A stretch of 64,000 bases of DNA from positions 32,001 to 96,000 of the IMG/VR virus record IMGVR_UViG_3300027869_000006. The stretch is one strand, 5' to 3'. Positions 20,489-28,977 of this stretch are shown one piece after another; within the stretch, counting starts at the first letter, position 1; each line of letters opens with the position of its first letter. Under the pieces are notes generated by a model. That model was not told the origin of the DNA. It worked only from the letters and a program-made list of their open reading frames with translations, and ran no database searches. Origin of the DNA: a virus. The position numbers were made by a program, and so were the translations under genes.

Positions 20489-20659
20489 CTAGAACAGTCT
20501 ACCGCCTTCTGTCCACTCATCTAGGGGCTTGTTGCAAGTTCGTGAGGAAAAGAGTTTCCGTATGAGGAAGATGATGCCGGTGAGCGTACCCGCTAGCAGG
20601 CAGAGAATGGCGAGCCAGCCAACGAGCCAGATGCGGAAGAGTCGCGTGTCTTCGTCCAT
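20489..20659 (-). CDS. Small single-TM protein, antisense to the tail operon
   Basis: 56 aa MDEDTRLFRIWLVGWLAILCLLAGTLTGIIFLIRK...; RBS AGAAGGGA; fills the intergenic gap. Confidence 0.5.
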   Translation of the reverse strand: MDEDTRLFRIWLVGWLAILCLLAGTLTGIIFLIRKLFSSRTCNKPLDEWTEGGRLF

Positions 20660-20719
20660 GTCAGTTCCCTTCTGTGCCGTGTGTCTCGTACAGTATAGCA
20701 GTAGTGGGAAGGGGCACCT

Positions 20720-23700
20720 ATGACCGCGCTCACGACGAACGGTTCGGCACAAGCGGCAACCACGCTCGCTGCTGCTGGCAAGATGTTTGCGGCGACGGGT
20801 GGGACGGGTGGGAATACCTCAACCAAGGTCGCCAAGAACACGACCTATGTGCAGATATTTGCCATTGGTACGACGACGACACAAGCGGGGGTCGGGAGTA
20901 TCCCTGCGCCGACGGATAGCAATTTCGCGGGTTGGATATGGGATGTGACGACCCTTGAAGGGCAGCGCATCGCGGCGGGGACCTGGACGCCGACCTTCCA
21001 CATGCTGGCCTCCTCTGCCGGCACGATTACCCCGACCGTCCAATGGTTCAAACGGTCATCGGCGGGTGTGTATACCTCCATTGGATCGGTCACCGGGTCC
21101 TCGCTCGTGCTCACTTCTTCCGCACAGGCACTTACCTTCACGCCCCCGTCCCTGGCACTCATGGACTTTGCCGTGGGTGACAAGTTCTGCATGTGGTTAT
21201 GGGTCGATATTACCGTGGCCGGTGGGAGTAACTCTGGCACGATGTCGGTCGTGGAGGCGATCAGTGGGAGCACCACGGGTACCGCATCAGAGGCTCAGGC
21301 CGTCACACCGGGGTACGCCCCATCGCCAGTAGCACTCACGGCCACGCTTGCAGGAGTAGGGACGCTCTCATCGTCGTGCTATCGCACCACGATCCTGGCC
21401 GATAACCCGCTGTACTACAACCGCGCTGGCACGGCTGACTTGGGAAGTCTGGGACATACCGCCACCATCCACGGCGGCGTCACGACCGGGCAGGCAGGCC
21501 TCCTGGTCAGCGATGTGCAGTCAAGCGACCTCTTTAATGGCTCGACCGGCTTTCTCACCGCGTCAGATACGGGGTTGCCGACAGGGGCCAGTCCGTGGAG
21601 TATCGAGATATGGATACAGTCTACCAATTTAACAGGTGACCATTCTATTCTCGACTTTGGGACAAGTTCGGGACTCAATTGGGCGGGTATCTATAGCGCC
21701 GCCGATCAATTCGTGGTGGGATCGTGGGCAAGCGGAGTCAATGCAAGTGCGCATGGCATCACGACTGGAACGACGTACTACGTCCTTGGCACATTCGATG
21801 GCACGAACACCTCCCTGTACGTGGGCAATCTCTCGACAGGGGCATTCAGTACCTACGGGCCTGTCGCCATCGCGTTCAGTGTCGTGCTCTCTGGTCTCAC
21901 CATTGGCGCAGATTCCGGTGGCGCCTATATCAGCGGGAATGCGCAAGAACGCGCCATCTATGGCGCAGCACTCACCGTCACGCAGGCAACGGCACACTTC
22001 CTTGCTGGCATCCAGGCGTTCACCCTCTCAACTGCGCTCGCCGACACCCTTGCTGGCGTGGGGACACTCACCGGGACGCTGTCGTTGTTAGGAGTAGCAC
22101 TCACAACGACAGCGGCCGGGACTAGTCTTCTGACCGTCTCTTCCCCAACGCTTGCCACCGCGCTCACGACGACAGAGGTCGGCAGTGGGACGCTTACCGG
22201 GACACTGTCGACCTCATTGACCCTGGGCGGTGCCACTGCCACCGGCGGTGGCACGCTTGCCGGCACGTGCTCGCTCTTCACGGCCCTCTCTATGACGATC
22301 ATACCGGGTGCGGGCATCCTCACCCCAACGATGAAAGCCGCCTACACGCTGAGTGGGGGCACACTCACCGGGTCGGGAACGTTGTCGGTCTCCGCCCCGA
22401 CTCTTGCGACAGCCCTCGCGGTCGAGTGCGATGGGGTGAGCAATCTTACCCCAACCATGATCGCGAGTTTTACCTTATCCGGTACCACGTTGCCAGGCAT
22501 CGGTCAGCTTTCCATCTCCGCACCATCCCTTACCACTGTACTGGCAGGTGAATGTGACGGGAGTGGAGCACTGTCCGGGCAGCTTGACGCTACCTACATG
22601 ATGAGCGGTGGCACGATGGATGGTATGGGGCAACTGTCCGTCACGGTCCCCACACTCACAACAGCACTCTCCGTTGAATACGATGGGGTTGGGATGCTCT
22701 CACCGACCATTTGGGCGAGTCTCTCGCTCGCTCTTACAGAGATAGATGGCATCGGTATGCTCTCTGTCGCTGCGCCTGCACTCACGCCGCCGCTCATGGT
22801 GGAATGTGATGGGATTGGAACGTTCTCCCCTACACTCTCGGCTTCGTACACACTCTCCGGTGCGGAAATGGATGGAGTTGGCACGCTCACGTGCATCACC
22901 AGCCTCTCGGCTGCACTGGCGGGTGAATGCGACGGCGTCGGGGCATTTCAGGCGACGCTGTCGGTCTCAGGGAGCAGTATCGCGCTGTCAGCTGAGTGTG
23001 ACGGGGTTGGGACGCTTGTGGGCACGCTCTCCGCGACGGTTGCACTTGCGATTGAGTGTGACGGTAGCGGGACGCTTTCGGCCTCGCCTTCCCTCTCCAC
23101 GGCACTCATGAGCGAATGTGGTGGGGTGGGTCGGCTTTTCGCCATAGTAGCAGTGACCACCGCACTTGCAGTCGAGTGTGATGGCATGGGGACCTTCACC
23201 CCGATACTCGAGGCATCCGTCCCGCTCAACCTGGCACTCACTGGAAGCAGTGCGCTCTTCCCCACGCTCTCACTGACGACCATTCTTTCCGTCAGTCTCG
23301 CGGGTGAGGGGATACTTGCCGGGACGCTCTCACTGCTGACCGCTCCACTGGGTATGACGCTTGCCGGGACTGGCACACTCGCAGCCACGCTTGAAGCATC
23401 AACCGCCCTGACCGCGCTCATTTCAGGCAGTGGGCAGCTTGCCGGAACGCTTGCACACATCACGGCACTCGCCTGTCTGTGCGCGGGAGTGGGCACACTT
23501 ACCGGGACATACTCACTCTCGGTTGCACTGTTCCTCACGTGCGCCGCTCGCGGGACGTTCGCCTTCATGGTCATTTCCAGGACGGGTGTGCTTGCCCAAG
23601 GCAGGAGTGGAAGTGGAACAGCGACAGGTCAAAGTGGAGTGCCTGGCGTGAGCAGTATCGGTGGGAGTGCTACGGCTCGTGGGCGCGATGGGAGTGAAAC

Positions 23701-23731
23701 CGCTCTCGGTCGTAATGGCATACTTCATTAG
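20720..23731 (+). CDS. Tail fibre/adhesin with LamG-like domain and many ~20-aa (E)CDGxGTL repeats
   Basis: LamG-like insert (TILADNPLYY...WSIEIW); repeated LAVECDGVGTL-type units ~22000-23560. Confidence 0.65.
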   Translation: MTALTTNGSAQAATTLAAAGKMFAATGGTGGNTSTKVAKNTTYVQIFAIGTTTTQAGVGSIPAPTDSNFAGWIWDVTTLEGQRIAAGTWTPTFHMLASSAGTITPTVQWFKRSSAGVYTSIGSVTGSSLVLTSSAQALTFTPPSLALMDFAVGDKFCMWLWVDITVAGGSNSGTMSVVEAISGSTTGTASEAQAVTPGYAPSPVALTATLAGVGTLSSSCYRTTILADNPLYYNRAGTADLGSLGHTATIHGGVTTGQAGLLVSDVQSSDLFNGSTGFLTASDTGLPTGASPWSIEIWIQSTNLTGDHSILDFGTSSGLNWAGIYSAADQFVVGSWASGVNASAHGITTGTTYYVLGTFDGTNTSLYVGNLSTGAFSTYGPVAIAFSVVLSGLTIGADSGGAYISGNAQERAIYGAALTVTQATAHFLAGIQAFTLSTALADTLAGVGTLTGTLSLLGVALTTTAAGTSLLTVSSPTLATALTTTEVGSGTLTGTLSTSLTLGGATATGGGTLAGTCSLFTALSMTIIPGAGILTPTMKAAYTLSGGTLTGSGTLSVSAPTLATALAVECDGVSNLTPTMIASFTLSGTTLPGIGQLSISAPSLTTVLAGECDGSGALSGQLDATYMMSGGTMDGMGQLSVTVPTLTTALSVEYDGVGMLSPTIWASLSLALTEIDGIGMLSVAAPALTPPLMVECDGIGTFSPTLSASYTLSGAEMDGVGTLTCITSLSAALAGECDGVGAFQATLSVSGSSIALSAECDGVGTLVGTLSATVALAIECDGSGTLSASPSLSTALMSECGGVGRLFAIVAVTTALAVECDGMGTFTPILEASVPLNLALTGSSALFPTLSLTTILSVSLAGEGILAGTLSLLTAPLGMTLAGTGTLAATLEASTALTALISGSGQLAGTLAHITALACLCAGVGTLTGTYSLSVALFLTCAARGTFAFMVISRTGVLAQGRSGSGTATGQSGVPGVSSIGGSATARGRDGSETALGRNGILH

Positions 23732-23752
23732 AGAGAAAGGAAAAAGAAAACC

Positions 23753-24076
23753 ATGCCCATAAGTCCGTGGTATAAAACCACCCATGTCACCCAGACGGCT
23801 CCACTCTGGACAGAGAACATTGTCACTGATTCAGGAACCGAGAACCTGTTCGGTCTTGATGACGATGATCTCTCTCTCTTTTTTACCAATACCAGTAACG
23901 GAGTCGAGACGCAGGGCGCGGGTACCCTGCACATCACCCAGGCCAATCCTGGCATCGTCACCTACCAGGTGGCCAGTGCCGATGTCGTGGTCGGGATGTA
24001 CCGCGTCACGCTCTGGATCACCTTTACGAATGGCCCCCAGCCTTTCCTATTGGGCATCTGGGATGTCATAGCATAG
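23753..24076 (+). CDS. BppU-like baseplate/fibre accessory protein
   Basis: GIVTYQVASADVVVGMYRVTLWITF motif typical of the BppU N-terminal domain; follows the fibre gene. Confidence 0.55.
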   Translation: MPISPWYKTTHVTQTAPLWTENIVTDSGTENLFGLDDDDLSLFFTNTSNGVETQGAGTLHITQANPGIVTYQVASADVVVGMYRVTLWITFTNGPQPFLLGIWDVIA

Positions 24077-24125
24077 TGCTGTTATGAAAGTCAAATACCC
24101 CATGAATAAATTCAGGGGCTTGCAG

Positions 24126-25205
24126 CTAGGCGCGTCCTGCTACAGTAGGCACTTTGACGGGTGCCCGAGAGATATTGATGGCAGCATTGATGTCAGCGTT
24201 CATCGACATGCCGCACTTGACACAACAGAAGGAGACTTGACTCTTGCGGTTCTCTTTCGCACAGTGCCCACAAGCAGAGCACGTTCGAGACGTATTGCGG
24301 GGGTCTACCGTGTGTAACGACACACCAGCAAGAGCAGCCTTATACGAGAGGAATTGACGAAGTTAAGCAAAGGCCCAGGATGTAAAGCGATTGCGCTGAG
24401 AACGTCTAACCGTGCTATCGGTGCGTTTCCGAATGTGCCTGAGTTCTTCAATCGCTATTCCTTGTTTGTTGGCCTTTGCTTTCGCAATGATCCGTTTGGA
24501 GATCACATGATTGGTATTGCGCTTGAACCTGGCTTCTTTGCCAGAGAGCTTCTTGAGATGCCGTTTGGCGGATTTCGTGCCGCGCTTTTGCAAACGTTGA
24601 CGCAAGGCGTGCATACGTGTACGCACCTTCTCAACCTGCTCACCGCTAAAGGTGTCCCCGTCACTGTCGGTCGCCAGGTTGACGATGCCAAGATCGATGC
24701 CAAGCGTCTCAGTCACTTCATCGGGCGTAGGTTCTGGAACATCAAGCGTGACAGCCAGGTAGAAGGTACCATCACGCCAAATCAAATCGGCCTGTCCTTT
24801 GATCTTGTCCATACGGGCTTGCTGATAGCCACCAATGCGGAAGGGCACAAGTACCCGTCCAGTGGTTGTCAAGAGGGAAACGGTAGTGAGTCCTTTGAAG
24901 GACATCACGCGGGGATCATAGACAATGGCACCTCTGGCATCAAACGTTGGCATGATACTCTTGTCGCGCTTGTAGGCTTCGGTCGCTTTGCTAATACAGC
25001 GGATGGCGAGTTGAGCAGGCAGATTGTACCACTTGCGCAAATAGCCATAGACCAGCTTTTGCAGTGCAAACTTATTGGCACTCTTCTCCAGAAAGGCGAT
25101 TTGCGCCACATAGTTTGCCCCTGCATTGAAGCAATCCATCGTCAACAACAAGGCTTTGTATTGTTCTTCAGTTGGGGCAAGCTTCAAGAGCATCGTTTGT
25201 TTCAT
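24126..25205 (-). pseudogene. tnpB: TnpB interrupted by one in-frame stop at 24363-24365
   Basis: RuvC-I LGIDLG and RuvC-II IAIEEL, then WAFA*LRQFLSYKA continuing in frame to the zinc finger (CSACG/CVKCG) and NADINAA. Confidence 0.9.
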
Positions 25206-25211
25206 AGACAT

Positions 25212-25240
25212 ATTGTAGCATCATTGATGAAAGTTGTCAA
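25212..25240 (-). promoter_or_regulatory. sigma70 promoter, probably leaderless tnpB mRNA
   Basis: TTGACA-17nt-TACAAT-6nt-ATG. Confidence 0.7.
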
Positions 25241-25382
25241 TAGGCGAGATGATACCCAACCCATCTTGCCCATAAGGAAGGGCTTGCTTACCCCATGCTT
25301 AAAAGACAGGGACTTCCGCAAGCCCGATTGGTGAGAGAGACCTCCCTTGACAACCACGTACAATGGGAAGAAGGAGAGAAGT

Positions 25383-26426
25383 ATGCCTGATTACCCCCTG
25401 GCTGAGGAACACTTTGTACCTCGATCATATATGTTCGATAGCAATGCATGCAAAGTTTTGGTAATTCACAAGACGGGTGGAGACGCAACCCCTGCGGCGA
25501 TCCTTCAAACGTTTCTCACGAACCCGGATCGACCATCGGTCCATTATGGCGTAGGCACAGATGGGAGTATCTGGCAGTACGTCCCTGAAGCACTCGGCGC
25601 GGGCGGGAACTGTTGCGTGGAACCGGGCTATGACCCATTCTGGGCACAATTTAACCCGATGGCTGTTGGGTCATCTTCTGGAACCAACCTGAATACAGTC
25701 ACACTCTCTCTTGAGCATTGCGATGCGGCACTTGACAATAGTACGCCACTTACCCCAACTCAGCAAGATGCGAGCTTCAAACTCATTGCCTACCTGGTCG
25801 CCAAGTATAGCATCCCCCTTTCACACATCAAGGGCCACAATACAATTGACCCACAGAGTCGCGCCCGTTGCCCAGGTAACTACCCCTGGCCCGCGTTATT
25901 TGCCTATCTACAAAATGGAGGGAATATGGCAGGAGTACCAATCGGCTGGCAATACGACCAGGCGACGCAAACATTGACGGACCCCAACGGTGGGAAGGTA
26001 GGTCCACCCTATAGCGCACACGTGTTAGCAAGTAACTGGGACCCGCATAACTTTCTTTGGATCGCCGCCTACCATACCAATCAGCTGGAAGCAGCGAACC
26101 CTGGCCTGGGTGCGGGGACACAAATCATCTTCTATGAGTCCATGCTGTGCGTGCCTGATAATCCCCCAGACCCGAACCTTGCGAACCTGAAGGGAAAAGT
26201 GGTCACGGAATATGTCGGGATTGAAGCGGCCTATGCCCGTAGTCAGTGGACCCGCTATTCGGGAATAGCCCAACAGTTTCAAACACAATTCACAGAGGAG
26301 CAGACAAAAAATACGGCCCTGACTGCCCAAGTCGCACAACTGGAAGCACAGATCGCCGCGCTCTCCCAACCCACGGCGGATGCACAGGCGATTGTGCAGA
26401 TCAAGCAGATTGTGGCGGCGCTATGA
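25383..26426 (+). CDS. Endolysin, N-acetylmuramoyl-L-alanine amidase (Amidase_2) with C-terminal coiled coil
   Basis: VIHKT, SVHY, SLEH, IKGH, CPG zinc-amidase motifs; RBS AAGGAG. Confidence 0.85.
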   Translation: MPDYPLAEEHFVPRSYMFDSNACKVLVIHKTGGDATPAAILQTFLTNPDRPSVHYGVGTDGSIWQYVPEALGAGGNCCVEPGYDPFWAQFNPMAVGSSSGTNLNTVTLSLEHCDAALDNSTPLTPTQQDASFKLIAYLVAKYSIPLSHIKGHNTIDPQSRARCPGNYPWPALFAYLQNGGNMAGVPIGWQYDQATQTLTDPNGGKVGPPYSAHVLASNWDPHNFLWIAAYHTNQLEAANPGLGAGTQIIFYESMLCVPDNPPDPNLANLKGKVVTEYVGIEAAYARSQWTRYSGIAQQFQTQFTEEQTKNTALTAQVAQLEAQIAALSQPTADAQAIVQIKQIVAAL

Positions 26427-26560
26427 AGTGGTTTTTCAGATGGGTCCATCAAGTGATGTCTTTGTTACACAAGAGGCGCAGCTATAGCGAAACGATCCTG
26501 GCTGAGAAGCCGATCCGTTACTATCGACTCGATGGAAGTGACACAACACGTGAGCAATGA
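26423..26560 (+). CDS. Small ORF ending in a truncated LamG-module N-terminus
   Basis: ATGA overlap with the amidase stop; YSETILAEKPIRYYRLD resembles YRTTILADNPLYYNR in 20720..23731. Confidence 0.4.
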   Translation: MKWFFRWVHQVMSLLHKRRSYSETILAEKPIRYYRLDGSDTTREQ

Positions 26561-27275
26561 AGAGTGCAAACTGATTGCATACCAACTCTATGATGGTGAT
26601 CTCCCCATGCAAATCGTTCCGGCACCGCGCAAACGGCAGTGGATGGATCAGACGCCACAGAGTTTTGCGAACCGTTGCCTCCCGCTCTTACTGGGAAATG
26701 CGAGCGGCTGGTGGCTCTTGAACACGCACGAGATACAGGTGACCTGGAACGGCGGCACTGATCTCTCCGCGCTCACCATCGCGGGTCGGGGTAGTTCGGA
26801 GACCGGCTATGCACTGAGCCATTTTGGTAACGGTCTCTTAACTTGGAATATTCCCCTGCTCTTTTCCACGCCCCCTGGATATAATTTGCTGGTACGTGGC
26901 CCTGCAAACTGGCCCAAAGACGGGGCATACGCACTGGACGGGCTTGTGGAGACAGATCACGCTGTGGCGACATGGACCATGAACTGGAAGATGACGCGGC
27001 CTGGCCTGACCGTCACCTTTGCCAAGGGCGAACCGATAGCACAAATCGTGCCACAGAAGCGTGGAGAACTAGAGACATTCACCCCGCAAGTACGGAACAT
27101 CAGAGAGGCACCAGAGTTACAAGCTGCATACAATGCGTGGGCATCTAGTCGCTCAACATTCAATATGGAACTGAAGAGACCAGGGTCAGAGGCAGTGAAG
27201 CGGCAATGGCAAAAGGATTACTTCCAAGCATCCCATCAAACAAAGGTCGCATTGAAGGAGTTCACAACTCCATGA
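26532..27275 (+). CDS. DUF6065 family protein
   Basis: PAPRKRQWMD...FANRCLPL...GW...LLFSTPPGYNL.VRGPAN.PKDGA..LDGLVETD...TMNWKMTRPG. Confidence 0.75.
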   Translation: MEVTQHVSNEECKLIAYQLYDGDLPMQIVPAPRKRQWMDQTPQSFANRCLPLLLGNASGWWLLNTHEIQVTWNGGTDLSALTIAGRGSSETGYALSHFGNGLLTWNIPLLFSTPPGYNLLVRGPANWPKDGAYALDGLVETDHAVATWTMNWKMTRPGLTVTFAKGEPIAQIVPQKRGELETFTPQVRNIREAPELQAAYNAWASSRSTFNMELKRPGSEAVKRQWQKDYFQASHQTKVALKEFTTP

Positions 27276-27311
27276 CATCTCTCTCTCATTTCTTAGACAG
27301 TTGGAGGACAT

Positions 27312-27896
27312 ATGGCAACGACACCGACAAAAACCCCGAAGCAGCAAGCCTCACTCGCAGGCGTCTGGCAGGGCATTGAGGCACCAATCATCGGTATCCT
27401 CCTCTCCCTTGCCGTAGCTATTCAGCAGTATTTTAGTACCCATAGTGCCCCAAATTGGGGAGAACTGGGAATGATCCTGTTCCCGACCGTCATTGTTGGT
27501 ATTGTGCAAGCACTCAAGCAGTTCAATGCAACACTCGGGCAGGCATCAGTTCCCATCGTCACCGTCCCGCCGCCCGCACCGGTTGTCTCACCATCCGACA
27601 TTGCGGCAGCGATACGACAGCAGGTACCAGGACTGGTCATACAACAGCCACCGGCACCACCGTCGTTCATTGCGCCGTCAGTGCCACCAGGAGGATACGA
27701 TACGACGCTGGTCCAACCCCTCTCATTCGCCCCTCTGACCACGCCTGCCCAGCCACAACAACCGTACACGTGGTCACAGCCAGAACCATCCCCGACACTC
27801 ACGACACCTGCGCCAGTAATTACGCCGGTATTGTCACTGCCAAGTACGTTTCCGCAAACACTCGATTTACCAATCGTACGACCACAAATTGAGTAA
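27312..27896 (+). CDS. Holin-like membrane protein with Pro-rich C-terminal tail
   Basis: Two N-terminal TM segments, long Pro/Thr-rich tail; RBS GGAGG; lysis region. Confidence 0.55.
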   Translation: MATTPTKTPKQQASLAGVWQGIEAPIIGILLSLAVAIQQYFSTHSAPNWGELGMILFPTVIVGIVQALKQFNATLGQASVPIVTVPPPAPVVSPSDIAAAIRQQVPGLVIQQPPAPPSFIAPSVPPGGYDTTLVQPLSFAPLTTPAQPQQPYTWSQPEPSPTLTTPAPVITPVLSLPSTFPQTLDLPIVRPQIE

Positions 27897-27897
27897 T

Positions 27898-27935
27898 AAT
27901 AAAGGGTACTACATCTGCATGTAGTACCCTTTATT
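27898..27935. terminator. Bidirectional terminator-like hairpin
   Basis: Perfect 17-bp inverted repeat AATAAAGGGTACTACAT-CTGC-ATGTAGTACCCTTTATT between convergent units. Confidence 0.8.
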
Positions 27936-27936
27936 C

Positions 27937-28129
27937 ATCCCATACCATACCGCATCCCGCCGGACTGCACCCCACCCAGCCTTGCCAGACATTACCCCGC
28001 ATCGCCACGCCTTACCCCACCGAACTACACCTTACCAACCAGACCATGCCGAACCCGACCGGACCACGCTATACCGTACCTTACCTTACTGAACCCAGCC
28101 AAGCCGGACCTCACCATACCTACCGTGCC
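27937..28129 (-). repeat. (GGY-NN) pentamer array 1, 39 units; putative guide RNA locus
   Basis: Minus strand GGC AC GGT A GGT AT GGT GA GGT CC GGC TT...; 31/39 triplets are exact GGY and the rest are one mismatch away; two 4-nt phase slips; starts 1 nt after a stop codon and ends at the terminator. Confidence 0.9.
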
Positions 28130-28130
28130 A

Positions 28131-28349
28131 TTAAGCGTATCGTGTTTGGTCTGTCTCCCAGTTCACTAAACGTACAGGTGTCACATCTAAGTCTGTGATA
28201 GGAATGCCATACTTTTCTTCAGCTAAACTCAGTCCTTCCTGAGCATCACTAGCGGTTATCTCACCCACTATAGGCACCTGCTGCTTTCTTAGCTTGGCAT
28301 GCACGGTAGTGTCATGTCCCTTATACCAAACATCGAACCTATGCAACAT
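28131..28349 (-). CDS. Small hypothetical protein (72 aa) translationally coupled to the Cas7-like gene
   Basis: TAATG stop/start overlap at 28347-28351; MLHRFDVWYKGHD... Confidence 0.65.
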   Translation of the reverse strand: MLHRFDVWYKGHDTTVHAKLRKQQVPIVGEITASDAQEGLSLAEEKYGIPITDLDVTPVRLVNWETDQTRYA

Positions 28350-28897
28350 TACTTCACCTTTTCCCATGACACAAGAGCAAATCTCCCATACGGCCCTTTC
28401 TTTGCAGGACGGAAGTCACCAATGCCAACAAGTCGCCCTGCATCGGTGAGTATGTCACGGATAAGACGTTCACCAACTAGATCGGTATCAATCTGAACAT
28501 CAAACTCCATATTCCACTCATCGAACATTGGCCTGTGGCGTAGAATACGCCCCCCAGTCGCTTTAATGACAACAGCCCGTGAGTCCACATGCCATTCCCC
28601 TACCAGAGGAATTTCAAATGGGCTAACATAGACCCCTGCCGCTACATCAGTTGTCGCAGCCCTCCGTCCAATTTTGTGTCGTGATGCTGCTGCAATCATT
28701 GACTGCCGAATATTCTCAGCCGGATAGAATGGGCTATGTTCATTGGTATACAGGCGACTTGCCGCATCTTCATGAGGAGCCGGATATTCTTTCCGACCAT
28801 GTGTTCCTGAAGTTGCTTCCTCTGCCGCTGCCTCATGAAAACGATTCACGATGAGCGGCGTCAAACTCGTAATGTTGACCTTGTACGTTACAATCAT
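28349..28897 (-). CDS. Solo RAMP/Cas7-like protein (Vipr-like), 182 aa
   Basis: RAMP hallmarks: first strand YKVNITSLTPL, YPAENIRQSM helix, WNMEFDVQID strand, C-terminal Gly-rich loop AGRLVGIGDFRPAKKGPYGRF; RBS AAAGGA before ATG 28897. Confidence 0.8.
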   Translation of the reverse strand: MIVTYKVNITSLTPLIVNRFHEAAAEEATSGTHGRKEYPAPHEDAASRLYTNEHSPFYPAENIRQSMIAAASRHKIGRRAATTDVAAGVYVSPFEIPLVGEWHVDSRAVVIKATGGRILRHRPMFDEWNMEFDVQIDTDLVGERLIRDILTDAGRLVGIGDFRPAKKGPYGRFALVSWEKVK

Positions 28898-28926
28898 GTG
28901 TGTTATCCTTTCTGTGTGAGTAACTT

Positions 28927-28962
28927 GTGTGGTGCCCTGCCCCAGTGGTAGGGCTACCACGC
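28927..28962. promoter_or_regulatory. GC-rich hairpin between array 2 and the Cas7-like gene
   Basis: GTGTGGT-GCCCTGCC-CCAGT-GGTAGGGC-T-ACCACGC imperfect inverted repeat at the 3' end of array 2 (minus strand). Confidence 0.55.
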
Positions 28963-28977
28963 GAAACAAAATGAACA

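Larger units (their letters stand above)
24090..25330 (-). mobile_element. Non-autonomous IS200/IS605-family (IS1341-like) element, tnpB only
   Basis: Left-end hairpin GGCTTGC...GCAAGCC (~25281-25324); right-end hairpin AAGCCCCTGAATTTATTCATGGGGTATTTGAC ending at 24090; no tnpA. Confidence 0.8.

Noticed and set aside
1868-24076. Diversity-generating retroelement or invertase shufflon acting on tail genes
   Set aside because: No reverse transcriptase, recombinase or near-identical TR/VR pair was seen in the window.
24354-25334. 326-aa plus-strand ORF
   Set aside because: Antisense shadow of tnpB.
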